Assembly (NCBI GenBank): GCA_977020255.1
Contig: CDROCS010002432.1
Coordinates: forward strand, 62,001-126,000
Origin: Obrimoposthia wandeli
Taxonomy: Eukaryota
Reading direction: 5' to 3'
DNA: 64,000 nt
This document shows, in pieces, positions 10,746 to 20,545 of this stretch (position 1 is the stretch's first letter; each line of letters begins with the position of its first letter). A program made the position numbers and the translations under genes. The notes beneath the pieces are model-generated. The model searched no databases and was not told the DNA's origin. It saw only the letters and a list, made by a program, of their open reading frames with translations.

Positions 10746-11764
10746 TTTTCTAGCTCACAAGCGTGAAAACGATTTTGCTCGCTAACAATAAAATCTAGTG
10801 GATTAGATAACGGGTACTGTTGAGTCACTGCTGGTTGAAACGGGCCTTTTTTTTGAAAAAAATCGTCGGGTAATTTAGCCATAAATTGTTTAGCTTTTAA
10901 CAGTTCTTGGTGATAAACCTCAAAGGTAGGGATATTTCCGTCCCACTCTAAGCTAGTCGCACAGCCATTGGTTAACTGCCAAGCTAAATTAAATAACGCC
11001 CATACGTCCTGAGTGACTGCACTGTCGTGAGTATCGACAATATGATCGCCACAATGCTGATGCCCCGCTAAATGCATTTGCACTATGGCGTGATGCGGCA
11101 AGCCTTTGATATAGGTAATAGGATCAAAGTCATTATTAAATGCCGATACGTAGACATTATTGACATCTAGCAGCATACCGCAGCCAGTGTCAGCGACTAA
11201 GGCACTAAAATACTCCCATTCAGGAATGGTTGACTGGGTAAAGCTTAAGTAAGAGCTAGGGTTTTCTAGTATTAAAGGTCGCTCTAAAATGTCTTGTACT
11301 TGCTTAACGCGAGAGCTTACATGTGCCAAAGACGCTTCAGTTAATGGTAAAGGCAATAAGTCGTGAGTATTTAAGCTCATCGCACCGGTCCAGCAAAGAT
11401 GATCACTGACCCATGCGGGTTTAATTTCGTCGATAAGTTGCTTAAGCTTGGCTAAATAGTCGAGATTTAGTGCATCTGTACTGCCAATAGATAAAGACAC
11501 GCCGTGCATAACAATGGGGTAGTGTTCTGCTATTTGTCGTAAAATATGGCGCGGTCTACCGCCAGAATCGATAAAATTTTCAGAAATAATTTCAAACCAG
11601 TCTACATCAGGTTTATTTTCTAAAATGGTATTAAAATGTTGGCTGCGTAAACCAAGGCCAAGACCTAGATTAGTTCCAATTTTGGCCTTAGTCTTCATTT
11701 CTGAATTTGTTACCTGTGCTGGTGACTGTGAGCATATATCAACAATGTTAGTCGTTTTCAACAT
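10742..11764 (-). CDS. DUF692 multinuclear non-heme iron oxidative enzyme (MNIO)
   Basis: GLGLRSQH, WFEIISENF, HGVSLSIG, WVSDHLCW, HDLLPLP, LENPSSY, LLDVNNVYVS, MHLAGH, DTHD, LEWD motifs. Confidence 0.93.
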   Translation of the reverse strand: MLKTTNIVDICSQSPAQVTNSEMKTKAKIGTNLGLGLGLRSQHFNTILENKPDVDWFEIISENFIDSGGRPRHILRQIAEHYPIVMHGVSLSIGSTDALNLDYLAKLKQLIDEIKPAWVSDHLCWTGAMSLNTHDLLPLPLTEASLAHVSSRVKQVQDILERPLILENPSSYLSFTQSTIPEWEYFSALVADTGCGMLLDVNNVYVSAFNNDFDPITYIKGLPHHAIVQMHLAGHQHCGDHIVDTHDSAVTQDVWALFNLAWQLTNGCATSLEWDGNIPTFEVYHQELLKAKQFMAKLPDDFFQKKGPFQPAVTQQYPLSNPLDFIVSEQNRFHACELEK

Positions 11765-11766
11765 GG

Positions 11767-12390
11767 CTATTTCTTGCTATCACAATCACATTCTTTCAAG
11801 GTGTCTTGTAACTCTTTTCGACTGCGCTCAACTAATGCTTGTGTGTTTTTTGCTGGGCTATTAAAGCCAAATGAACAAGACTTATCACCTGAACTACCAC
11901 ACGAGTCGTATTCTCCAAAGGTTTCTAACCAAGCTTGTGGCGGTCCTGCGGTAAAAGGCGCATCACCGACATTACGACGTGCTTTGTTCATGCGTTGTTC
12001 AAACAATTCTCGGGCAAGTAACCAAACACTTTTATTTTTATTAGCGCCAAGGGTACCAAAGCGCTCGGCTTGAATTGGTGTGGCACAGCTACCTTGCCAA
12101 GCGCAATCATTTGCTCCTGGCTTACATTGCTCTGCAGCATCGCCAAATAATCCGCAACCTCCTTGTCCTGCACAGTTATTCAATGTATGGCAAACATGCT
12201 TTTGCGTTGCACAATAACCCGTACCAGCACAATGATTACTACCGAAACGATCATGGCTTTTACAAGCGTTTAAGCCCATACATGCATGTAGCTCTAATGG
12301 TGTTTTTATATCAGCCGTGTCGCTTGTAGGAGCGTTTGCGGGTTGGCTGCCACAGCCATTACTTAAAGGTTTATCTTTTAATATCGACAT
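11767..12390 (-). CDS. Cys-rich repeat protein (15 Cys), candidate MNIO substrate; no signal peptide
   Basis: GAGGA RBS upstream; three N-x-C-A-x-x-G-x-C repeats and two H-x-C-x2-L-N-x-C repeats; stop lies 2 nt from the DUF692 start. Confidence 0.75.
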   Translation of the reverse strand: MSILKDKPLSNGCGSQPANAPTSDTADIKTPLELHACMGLNACKSHDRFGSNHCAGTGYCATQKHVCHTLNNCAGQGGCGLFGDAAEQCKPGANDCAWQGSCATPIQAERFGTLGANKNKSVWLLARELFEQRMNKARRNVGDAPFTAGPPQAWLETFGEYDSCGSSGDKSCSFGFNSPAKNTQALVERSRKELQDTLKECDCDSKK

Positions 12391-12418
12391 GTATTTATCC
12401 TCTAAAAGTTGGCTAGGT

Positions 12419-13819
12419 TTACGCCATTAATGGGCTTTTTGATTTTTCTAAAAAACCTTCTAGTGCAACATCAGGTAAATCTTTAATGCGCTGTTCAATA
12501 TAGGCTATGCCGCTATAGCCTCCTACGGCTTGATTGAATAGCTCGATAATTTGCGATTTAGGCGAAGATGCTTCATTAAATTGATACTCTTCATAGGTGG
12601 CTGTTGCTGTGTATTGCTTGCCGTCAGAACCGATATAAGTAAAACCTGTCATTTCGCCACATAACGAACTCAGGATCCACAGCATGGTTTTATGAATACC
12701 AAACATAAATATTTCAAATTGAGTGTGTTCATCAGCTCGATAACACGCTTGAGACATGATAAAAAGATAGCTGTAAACAGCATTTGTTAAAGTCGAGACC
12801 GCGGCGATAGCTGCAGGGTAGTCAGCAGTTTTGGCATTATCTGCAAAGTTATAAATAAAAAATTTATCTACTTCTATGCTTTTACCAAATACGGTTTTAA
12901 ATTCTTGTTTAATGGCGGCTAATTCGTCTTGTAATTGAGCAAATTTATAATAATGCGCTAATTCGTGATGCGAGCTGTCATCATCAGAGCCTTCACCAGC
13001 CCCTTCTCCTTGCTCAACAATAATAGCCAGTGCGGCAAGTGCGCTAGCTTGATCAACAACATGAATTAACCCACCGGCATCGGCTGCATTTTCATAAACG
13101 GGTTGATGGTTTTTATCGTAATAAATGGTGTCGATATTGTTTTGTGCGTAATACCCACGGTTAGGAACTAGCTGCGCACGGTCCGGGTGGTAATGTTTTT
13201 TATCACCATAATGTTGTTTAATACAGCGCTCTATACTTTTGTAGAACTCTCCTATGGTTAAATAAGGAATAGCTTTAACGTTTGCTAGCACTTTATCGAA
13301 AGGTTTAGGGCTTTCAATGAGTTTAAATGTTTCTAGCTGTTCGTGACTTAGTTTGGCGCGATTAATCGGAAAGGCTGGCTCATGACCCGCTAAATAAGCT
13401 GGCCATACGGTAGGAGATTTATTGACGAGCTCAGGATCACCAAACATAGCTTGCTTTACATTGGCCGCTAACGACATGTGCAACATTTCTTCAACCAGCA
13501 CGCTCATTACATTGGCACCGGCTTTATTCGCAAATACCATTATCTTGGAGGAATACTTTATCGATTGAGTCAGGGCTTGCTGTTCATTTAAGCCTTTAGC
13601 CAGCAGTATCTCTGTGAGCTTTGCTGCTATTGGTGCTTGTTTGGGGGTGCGATTAATCGAGTAGTAAGTTGATAAATAGGTGGGTAAAGTGGCAATCTCT
13701 ATTTCTATCGCTTGTTGCAAGGCTTGGTTTATATTTTCAGGCGTTATATCTGTCACGCCACTTTTCAAAAATTGAGTTTGCATTTGCGTGTCCTTGTTGT
13801 AAATGTTCATGATAAACAT
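12419..13819 (-). CDS. Ferritin-like domain protein (VioB C-terminal-like ferritin family)
   Basis: LQQAIEIEIATLPTYLSTYYSI, VEEMLHMSLAAN, TIGEFY, IVEQGEG and LAHYYKF motifs supply a diiron-type E/ExxH/E/H ligand set. Confidence 0.82.
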   Translation of the reverse strand: MFIMNIYNKDTQMQTQFLKSGVTDITPENINQALQQAIEIEIATLPTYLSTYYSINRTPKQAPIAAKLTEILLAKGLNEQQALTQSIKYSSKIMVFANKAGANVMSVLVEEMLHMSLAANVKQAMFGDPELVNKSPTVWPAYLAGHEPAFPINRAKLSHEQLETFKLIESPKPFDKVLANVKAIPYLTIGEFYKSIERCIKQHYGDKKHYHPDRAQLVPNRGYYAQNNIDTIYYDKNHQPVYENAADAGGLIHVVDQASALAALAIIVEQGEGAGEGSDDDSSHHELAHYYKFAQLQDELAAIKQEFKTVFGKSIEVDKFFIYNFADNAKTADYPAAIAAVSTLTNAVYSYLFIMSQACYRADEHTQFEIFMFGIHKTMLWILSSLCGEMTGFTYIGSDGKQYTATATYEEYQFNEASSPKSQIIELFNQAVGGYSGIAYIEQRIKDLPDVALEGFLEKSKSPLMA

Positions 13820-14729
13820 GCGGTTATTTAATTTTTACATCGATTTTATTTCTGCTCACTACAATTTTTATCTCTGCAACGTCTTTGGGCATGGCAACTA
13901 GATAATGTAACGGAGATAAATTAATTTTTACTGTAGGCGAACAAAAAACAGGCCAACACAAAACAATTTTATTGCATAACTTATGGTTTTAATTGTTTAT
14001 TAATGCCGACTCTCATAACGCCAATTTTTCTGACCAAACAATAGACATAAATAGCAGATAAAAATATTACGCGTTATTACACGAGGGGGAATTTGAATTG
14101 AATTGGAGCTGAAATCACAGATGACGGTTAAGAAAAGGTTAAGTAAATAAGTTGAGCCATATAAGATATATTCGATTGGCTTGAGGGGCCTATTGAATGA
14201 GGTTATCTCAGCGGGTATATACCAACTAACTTATCGATTTTTAGCTTTTTGATAGGTGTAATACGGTGTAATGGTTTCTTTTTGTATTCCTTATAGACTG
14301 ATACTGTAGAATTGTAATAGTGAAGCTGAACGTTGATTTTATATTTAGACTTAGGCTTAGACTTTTATATCTAGGTTGATGAATACTTACATTTAGCTTG
14401 ATGTTTAGTTTAATATTTAAGTCATGCTCACTCAGGCAGCTTAAAGTTTCACTCTTAAGGCAACATTGTCGCAATTAATTGTCGTTAGTTACTATCAAAA
14501 ATAATCGTGCCAGCTTATTACTTGATAAAATAAGGCTAAGTAAGGCAAAATAAAGTGTGAGTAACAGTAAAATTTTTTTAGTCGATTTAATTGATTTAGT
14601 TGATTTAGTTAAGATGAATGATTACCTCCGAAATGTAATTGGAGGCTTGCTAAACGTTTATCTCTTATATCAGTGGGTATTATCACTTTTAATAACGTTC
14701 GCTGCTCGTGATATCAATATTAAGGAAAA

Positions 14730-15752
14730 ATGATGGCCGCTTTAATTAATAACCAAACTCAACAACATTGCCTATTACAGTCACATCATAGTTTTGGCCG
14801 ACTTAAAAGTTCAGTAAATGCCTTTATTGCTGACGCGGTTGTTTCTAAAGTGCATGCTTTTATTGAATGGCATGGTCAGCATTGGATATTGCGCGATGTC
14901 AGTAGCAATGGCACTTGGCTTAATGGTAATAAATTAGCTGGCGATAAAGTGGCACAACTGAATGTTGGCGATATCATTAACTTTGCTAGTAAGTCAGGTT
15001 ATGCCTTTGAAGTGCATGACATAAATCCTCCTTGTGATTGCCTAATTCCTGTTGCGCATGAGAGTGAAGCGATTGAATTAGAAGATTTTCATTTATTGCC
15101 AAGTGAAAAGTCACACAAAAGAGTACTAAGTTACAGTAACCGTACCTATTCGTGGTGGCAAGAAACCCTTGATGACAATCTAAGTCAGTCAAGTATGGCG
15201 GCTGAATTAAATGATCAAGAATGCTTAGATATTGATGGCCTAACCTGGCAATTACAAATAAACCGCACCATTGCGGATACCCAATTGCTCAGACCGAGTG
15301 TTACCTCACTTGATGAATTAACTTTTTTGTTTCAAACCAGTTTAGATGAAGAAAGCACCCATGTAGTGATGCAAAGTGGTGAAGAGCATATTGATTTACT
15401 CACTCGCAGCCACCATTACCTGACTCTTTGTTTAGCGCGTCAACGGGCTAAAGATATACAAGCAGGTTTAGATGACAGTGAGCAAGGTTGGGTCTATGCT
15501 GAGCTACTAGCGAAGGATTTAGGCTTTGATGCTAGTCACTTAAATATTCAAATTTACCGTATGCGTAAACAATTTGTTGATGCTTTAAATAACAGCTGCG
15601 AATCCAGTAACATTATTGAGCGTAGCGCTGGAAAACTGCGTCTGGCGAGTAAGTTCTTTTGCATCACTAAGGGCGATAAAGTTGAGTGTGATACCCGTCA
15701 GTTTTCTCAGCAAGACCTTAGTAATAGCGCTAATCAATACACGAATCATTAA
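14730..15752 (+). CDS. FHA-domain protein with C-terminal winged-helix-like output
   Basis: FHA motifs FGR, VSKVHA, DVSSNGTWLNG; C-terminal GWV...LAKDLG...HLNIQIYRMRKQF...IIER..G.LR resembles OmpR-type/wHTH DNA-binding modules. Confidence 0.8.
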   Translation: MMAALINNQTQQHCLLQSHHSFGRLKSSVNAFIADAVVSKVHAFIEWHGQHWILRDVSSNGTWLNGNKLAGDKVAQLNVGDIINFASKSGYAFEVHDINPPCDCLIPVAHESEAIELEDFHLLPSEKSHKRVLSYSNRTYSWWQETLDDNLSQSSMAAELNDQECLDIDGLTWQLQINRTIADTQLLRPSVTSLDELTFLFQTSLDEESTHVVMQSGEEHIDLLTRSHHYLTLCLARQRAKDIQAGLDDSEQGWVYAELLAKDLGFDASHLNIQIYRMRKQFVDALNNSCESSNIIERSAGKLRLASKFFCITKGDKVECDTRQFSQQDLSNSANQYTNH

Positions 15753-16018
15753 ACAATTTATCGGTATTGTTAGTAAAGCCATGCAATGAATATTGTATGG
15801 CTTTTTTATTATTTATTGTAGATTATTTACTTTAGTTTCAGCACTGTAATCGCGTAATAAGCTTTACAGCCCGTCATTATTTTTTAGTCACTGTTTTCTA
15901 GTCATTATTGCTAAGAAATAAGCGCTAATAAGTAAAAGTCGACATCTTGCTATCATCATGTGATCATTGCTTTATAACAATAAAGCGCAATCAAGCATTG
16001 ACTTGATATGGTCAGACA

Positions 16019-18874
16019 GTGAAAAAAACAAAGCCCGTTAATCAGCCTAACCGCATCAATAACACTAATCACAGTGATGACGTAAGTCAGGACTGTGACA
16101 CTATTGCTATATCTGTAGCGGATACCTTGTGTGATCAGCAAACGTTGCTTTCTGATGATCAACAAGCTGAAAAGTTACAGCAAAGCAGTATGGCGCACTT
16201 TAAAATTATCGATATTTTAGGTAAGGGCGGTATGGGCGCGGTTTATAAAGCGAAAGATTTGGCGTTAGAGCGCTTTGTTGCCATTAAAATGCTCCGTATC
16301 AGTGATGCGAATCAACCTTTGATACTGGCTGAAGCTAAAACCATTTCTCAGCTTAACCACCCTAATATTGTCACGGTTTATGATATTGCCCGTGATGGCG
16401 ATGCTAATTTTATTGTGATGGAATGGGTTAATGGTCTGCCACTTGATCGTATGATCCCCCCGCAAGGTTTGGCGCTTAAGGTGGTTATTGATTATGCCAA
16501 GCAAATGGTAGCGGCTTTAGCATGTGCCCATCAACAACACATTATTCATCGTGATATTAAACCACAAAATATTATGGTTGATATTAATGGCCGCATTAAA
16601 GTGCTCGACTTTGGTATTGCTGCACTTATTGATCCAAATAAAGCAAAAATAACGCCTTCAGCAATACAAACGTCGTTTACTGACGATAATCTCGTTGCTG
16701 AAGACATTAAGCATCACACGCTACCAAGTCGCATTGAAGGCTCGCCACAATATATGTCGCCAGAGCAAGTGCTAGGACAAGCAAGTGATGCGCGCTCAGA
16801 TTTATTCTCCCTTGGTATTGTTTTGTATGAAATGCTAACGGGTGTTAAACCATTTTTGGGTTTGAATTTACCGCAAATTAGACAGGCTATCAGCCTTGGC
16901 GAATATACCTCTTTAGCCGAGGTTGCCGCTGAACGTAAAGCCGAAGCTAAGGCTGAGCATAAGGTAGAGAGTAAGGCAGGGCATAAGATAGAGAGAAAGG
17001 CCGAAGGTAATACGGAACAAAAATTAACATTGCCCGCTGAATTAATCGCCGTGGTTGATAAGTTATTACAAACAGAGCCATCAGCACGCTATCAAAATGC
17101 TACAGACTTAGCACAAGATATTGATGTTATTGATCGCGTGGTTAACCATAAAAAAAATTGGTGGCAACAACAACATTGGTTAATCAAAAGTTTACTAATT
17201 ATTCCTGTTATCGCTACATTAGCGTGGAGTACGCGCAGCATTCTATTCCCGCCTAGCACCCAAGAATTAATTGCTCGACAGTTAGTTGAAGCGAAGAAAA
17301 TTGCTTTTTTACCGTTCGAAAATATTAGTGGTGACCCGGTGCTACAAATATTCAGTGACGGTATCGCCACTATGCTCAGTAGCGATTTAGCGGAAGTGGG
17401 TTATCAGCAAGGTGATGGTAGCACTTGGGTATTACCCGCCAGTGAAATAAGACGCCTTGACGATCCTAGCGTCGCCGGTATTTATAATAAATATGGCGTA
17501 GATACCGTTATCACTGGCAGCATTCAACACATGGGCTCAACCCGCAGTTTGCACCTGAGTGTGGTCAATGGCGCCGATGGCCGACAGTTAAAGTCGCTGC
17601 AATTAACCTTAGATGCGGAAAATTTGTTTGCCGCGCAACGGGACATTCGCCAACAGGTAATCGAGTTACTCGGTTGGCAGATACCGGCAGCATTAAGCCA
17701 ACAATTTTCTGCGCAACAACCGGCTTTTGATGGCGCTTATAAACATTACCTACAAGGACAAGGCTATTTATATCGTTTTGATCATGGCGATAATATTAAT
17801 AAAGCGCTTGAATCGTTTCAGGCAGCGATTGATCTTGATCCTAGTTATGCTGATGCTTATGTGGGGTTGGCTGAGGCGCAGTTGCGTAGTTTTATTGAAA
17901 AAAAGGATATAACTTTGCTGGCTTCAATGGCAGAAACGGTTAAACAATTGACAAAAATCGATAGCAATCACCGGCTGTTAAGTTATTTACGGGCTGAGAT
18001 GAAACTTAATCAAGGTGATTATGTGCAAGCGGTAGAGTTATTCAGCCAGAGTATTGCTTTACAACCAAGGTTTTTAAAGGCTTATACTGGTCTATCGACT
18101 TCGTATGCAAAGCTAGGTGAATCGATTAGGGCCGAAGAAGTACTATTAAAGGCTTATGAGATAATGCCCAATCATTATACCGTGGTGGGAAATTTAGGTA
18201 TATTTCACTTCAACAATGGAGATTATCAACAGGCAATTGATTATTTCGAATTACTGGCACAGCAAGCGCCTAATAACTATATTGCGTATCTCAATATTAG
18301 TGCTTGCCACTACCTTTTAGGTAATATTGAGCATGCTATTCTAGCAGCAGAAAAATCACTTGTTATTCAACCGAATGCTGATGGTTTCGCTAACCTTGGT
18401 ACGTACTACTTTATTCTGAGAGATTTTGATAAAGCGGTAGAGGCTTATGAGCGGATGATCACCTTAAATAATAGTGATTATATCAATTGGGGAAATTTAG
18501 CCGATGCATATCGTTTTGCTAATAATCCTCAATATATTGATACATTTCAGCAAGCAATCGTACTTGCTGAGCAGGCGATTGAATTAAATTCAAATAATAA
18601 AAATGCCATCGCCTCGTTAGCATATTATTATGCCAATCTCGACAATGTTGAAAATACACATTATTACGCTGAAAAAATTAGTAAAAAAGATGCTGGTGCA
18701 GATAGTGTTTTAATCGCTGCCGCTTACGTACGTTTGGGTATGAACAAAGCGGCGCTGAAGTATCTTAAACTTGCTACTAGTAATAACTATTCCCTTGCTG
18801 AAATTGTGAATTCGCCCTTATTTGATAACTTAAAAAATAACGTTGAATTTCAGCAATTAAAAAGTCTAAAGTAA
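16019..18874 (+). CDS. Hanks-type Ser/Thr protein kinase with one TM segment and C-terminal TPR region
   Basis: LGKGGMGAVYKA, VAIK, HRDIKPQN, DFG, GSPQYMSPEQ, DLFSLG; TM WLIKSLLIIPVIATLAW; IAFLPFENISGD (TolB_N/FlgO-like) followed by TPR helices. Confidence 0.93.
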   Translation: MKKTKPVNQPNRINNTNHSDDVSQDCDTIAISVADTLCDQQTLLSDDQQAEKLQQSSMAHFKIIDILGKGGMGAVYKAKDLALERFVAIKMLRISDANQPLILAEAKTISQLNHPNIVTVYDIARDGDANFIVMEWVNGLPLDRMIPPQGLALKVVIDYAKQMVAALACAHQQHIIHRDIKPQNIMVDINGRIKVLDFGIAALIDPNKAKITPSAIQTSFTDDNLVAEDIKHHTLPSRIEGSPQYMSPEQVLGQASDARSDLFSLGIVLYEMLTGVKPFLGLNLPQIRQAISLGEYTSLAEVAAERKAEAKAEHKVESKAGHKIERKAEGNTEQKLTLPAELIAVVDKLLQTEPSARYQNATDLAQDIDVIDRVVNHKKNWWQQQHWLIKSLLIIPVIATLAWSTRSILFPPSTQELIARQLVEAKKIAFLPFENISGDPVLQIFSDGIATMLSSDLAEVGYQQGDGSTWVLPASEIRRLDDPSVAGIYNKYGVDTVITGSIQHMGSTRSLHLSVVNGADGRQLKSLQLTLDAENLFAAQRDIRQQVIELLGWQIPAALSQQFSAQQPAFDGAYKHYLQGQGYLYRFDHGDNINKALESFQAAIDLDPSYADAYVGLAEAQLRSFIEKKDITLLASMAETVKQLTKIDSNHRLLSYLRAEMKLNQGDYVQAVELFSQSIALQPRFLKAYTGLSTSYAKLGESIRAEEVLLKAYEIMPNHYTVVGNLGIFHFNNGDYQQAIDYFELLAQQAPNNYIAYLNISACHYLLGNIEHAILAAEKSLVIQPNADGFANLGTYYFILRDFDKAVEAYERMITLNNSDYINWGNLADAYRFANNPQYIDTFQQAIVLAEQAIELNSNNKNAIASLAYYYANLDNVENTHYYAEKISKKDAGADSVLIAAAYVRLGMNKAALKYLKLATSNNYSLAEIVNSPLFDNLKNNVEFQQLKSLK
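16951..17008 (+). repeat. Imperfect 24-bp tandem repeat inside the kinase gene
   Basis: GGCTGAGCATAAGGTAGAGAGTAA / GGCAGGGCATAAGATAGAGAGAAA / GGCCGAAGGT encoding KAEHKVES-KAGHKIER-KAEG. Confidence 0.6.
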
Positions 18875-19044
18875 CTTTAATTATGGCTATGTTCCCTTAA
18901 AGTGTTGTAAATTATTTTAAACCTTGTTTTTAAAGGATAATAGCGACTTGAGTTGTATTTAAAAAACTAATAAATACCTTTATTTATAAGGGATTAAGTA
19001 GTTTTCACTAAAGCCAGAAACAATTAATGCGAACATAGCCTTAA

Positions 19045-19530
19045 TTATATTTTTACTTTAACTTGAGGATCCCAAGCCACTGAAAACTTATCACCATTAA
19101 GTTTAAAGTGAATATTAATGATCACTGTATCGCTTTCGCTTGCGCCTTCGGTAGCTACAGCTTCATAGGTTACTTCTGCTTTACTTTCTTTTGATACTTG
19201 GTGTAAGTCAAAACGACTTTGCAGAATATCTTTCCATTTGAACTTTGCTTTGCTGTTATCAACATCACCATTGTTCCATGGTTGTAGCGAACAGGTGACG
19301 GTATCGCCATTGTTGATTTCAAACGGTGGCGTTATTTTATTTTTTCCAGCGCTGTCTGATGAATAGTAAAAATAACTCGCTTCTTGGTCGTCTTCAAGAT
19401 ACGTTACTTTTCGGCCTTTACCATTAAAGCTGTGTTGTAATGTGCTGTTATTAATGTCGTTAGCAAGCTTGCTAAAATCCATATTGACATAAAATGCTTG
19501 TTTGTCGCCGGTGGTTTGCTCAATAGTCAT
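19045..19530 (-). CDS. Hypothetical beta-rich protein ending in WDPQVKV (AidA/PixA- or DP-EP-like terminus)
   Basis: 161-aa ORF with AGGAAAAA upstream; C-terminal F...F..AWDPQV.V motif. Family assignment is tentative. Confidence 0.55.
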   Translation of the reverse strand: MTIEQTTGDKQAFYVNMDFSKLANDINNSTLQHSFNGKGRKVTYLEDDQEASYFYYSSDSAGKNKITPPFEINNGDTVTCSLQPWNNGDVDNSKAKFKWKDILQSRFDLHQVSKESKAEVTYEAVATEGASESDTVIINIHFKLNGDKFSVAWDPQVKVKI

Positions 19531-20082
19531 GCTGTTTTTCCTTTTTTCTTATTGGTATTAGGATTAATGATTAGGGGTGTTTATCTGCTCTGTGTTATTT
19601 CTCGCTATCATAAAGTGGTAACTATAAAGCACGATTAACCTTTAGTAAGCGGTATGGGCTTTTATCAGTAAAGTTCGCTAGTATTGACTTATAATATGAC
19701 GCTAAAATTTAGCTGTACTAGTTAAAATATACTAAAGCAAAGCTGTTTGTCGATATTTTAACGCGAATAGTGACATAAAATAAAACATTGATTGCGTATA
19801 TAGGTCGGAAGGGCTGCATAATGTCATGTGAACTATTGATTTAACTTTAACTTTAACTTTAAATTCTACTATTAATGATTTAGATGGAATGTTCAGTTTT
19901 CTGGCTTTCAAAAAAAATCTATGAATAGTACTGTTAGTACATGATCTTATTCGACAATGTTATTAATATTACACGATGGTAAAGTCTACTTTGTGCGATT
20001 GAGCGTCGAATGACAGGCTACGCTCTATACTAGTAAAAATAATCAATCACTGATTTTAAGCTGACTTAAATAACCTGTTGCA

Positions 20083-20131
20083 GCGTTACTTTTGCTCTCA
20101 ATAGCCCGCTATTGCTTAATCAATCGCCTTG
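20083..20131. repeat. Isolated GCGTT...GCCTTG palindromic module related to the internal arms of the 4878-5125 MITE
   Basis: GCGTTA...CAATAGCCCGCTATTG...AATCAATCGCCTTG parallels GCGTTA...CAATGGAACAACCATT...AATCAATGCCTTG at 5020-5070. Confidence 0.55.
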
Positions 20132-20164
20132 AACTTGAATATTTATACTCAGCTTTAATTGTTA

Positions 20165-20545
20165 TTACTTTTGAAAAAATGCACTGATTTTTTCTTTTAG
20201 TGTTAAACCCACCAGTATTATTTTTGATGGTTTTTTTCGTTTATTCATTAGCATACTGTCAGGATCGAATAATTCGATAGTAATAACATCTGTAATTTTT
20301 GGTGTGCTTATTTGTGCATATTCAGCTGTTTTTTTGGCATATTCGCTATCGGAAATTAAGGAAGCTGAACGGTCACTGCTTTTATCATTACTGACAAAGC
20401 CGTATGAAGTATCATGAACTTCTATATCATCGAAGTTGAAACCTGTTGGTAATTGATCAATGTTTGATGCACCAGATTTATAGTTTTCACGCATAATTTT
20501 CATGTAATCGATAAATGACCTTGGTACGCTCATTATGTTCTCCAC
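20165..20545 (-). CDS. Hypothetical protein (126 aa)
   Basis: Open frame with plausible RBS; no recognised motif. Confidence 0.55.
   Translation of the reverse strand: MENIMSVPRSFIDYMKIMRENYKSGASNIDQLPTGFNFDDIEVHDTSYGFVSNDKSSDRSASLISDSEYAKKTAEYAQISTPKITDVITIELFDPDSMLMNKRKKPSKIILVGLTLKEKISAFFQK

Noticed and set aside
12419-13819. Violacein biosynthesis (vioB)
   Set aside because: Only the ferritin-like portion is present, the protein is far shorter than VioB, and no vioA/C/D/E-like genes are in the window.
14241-14474. 77-aa ORF in the divergent intergenic region
   Set aside because: Low-complexity AT-rich sequence, non-ATG start, no clear RBS or motif.
14730-18874. Type VI secretion Fha/PpkA module
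   Set aside because: No tss, hcp, vgrG or phosphatase genes in the window, and the FHA protein carries a wHTH-like tail instead.
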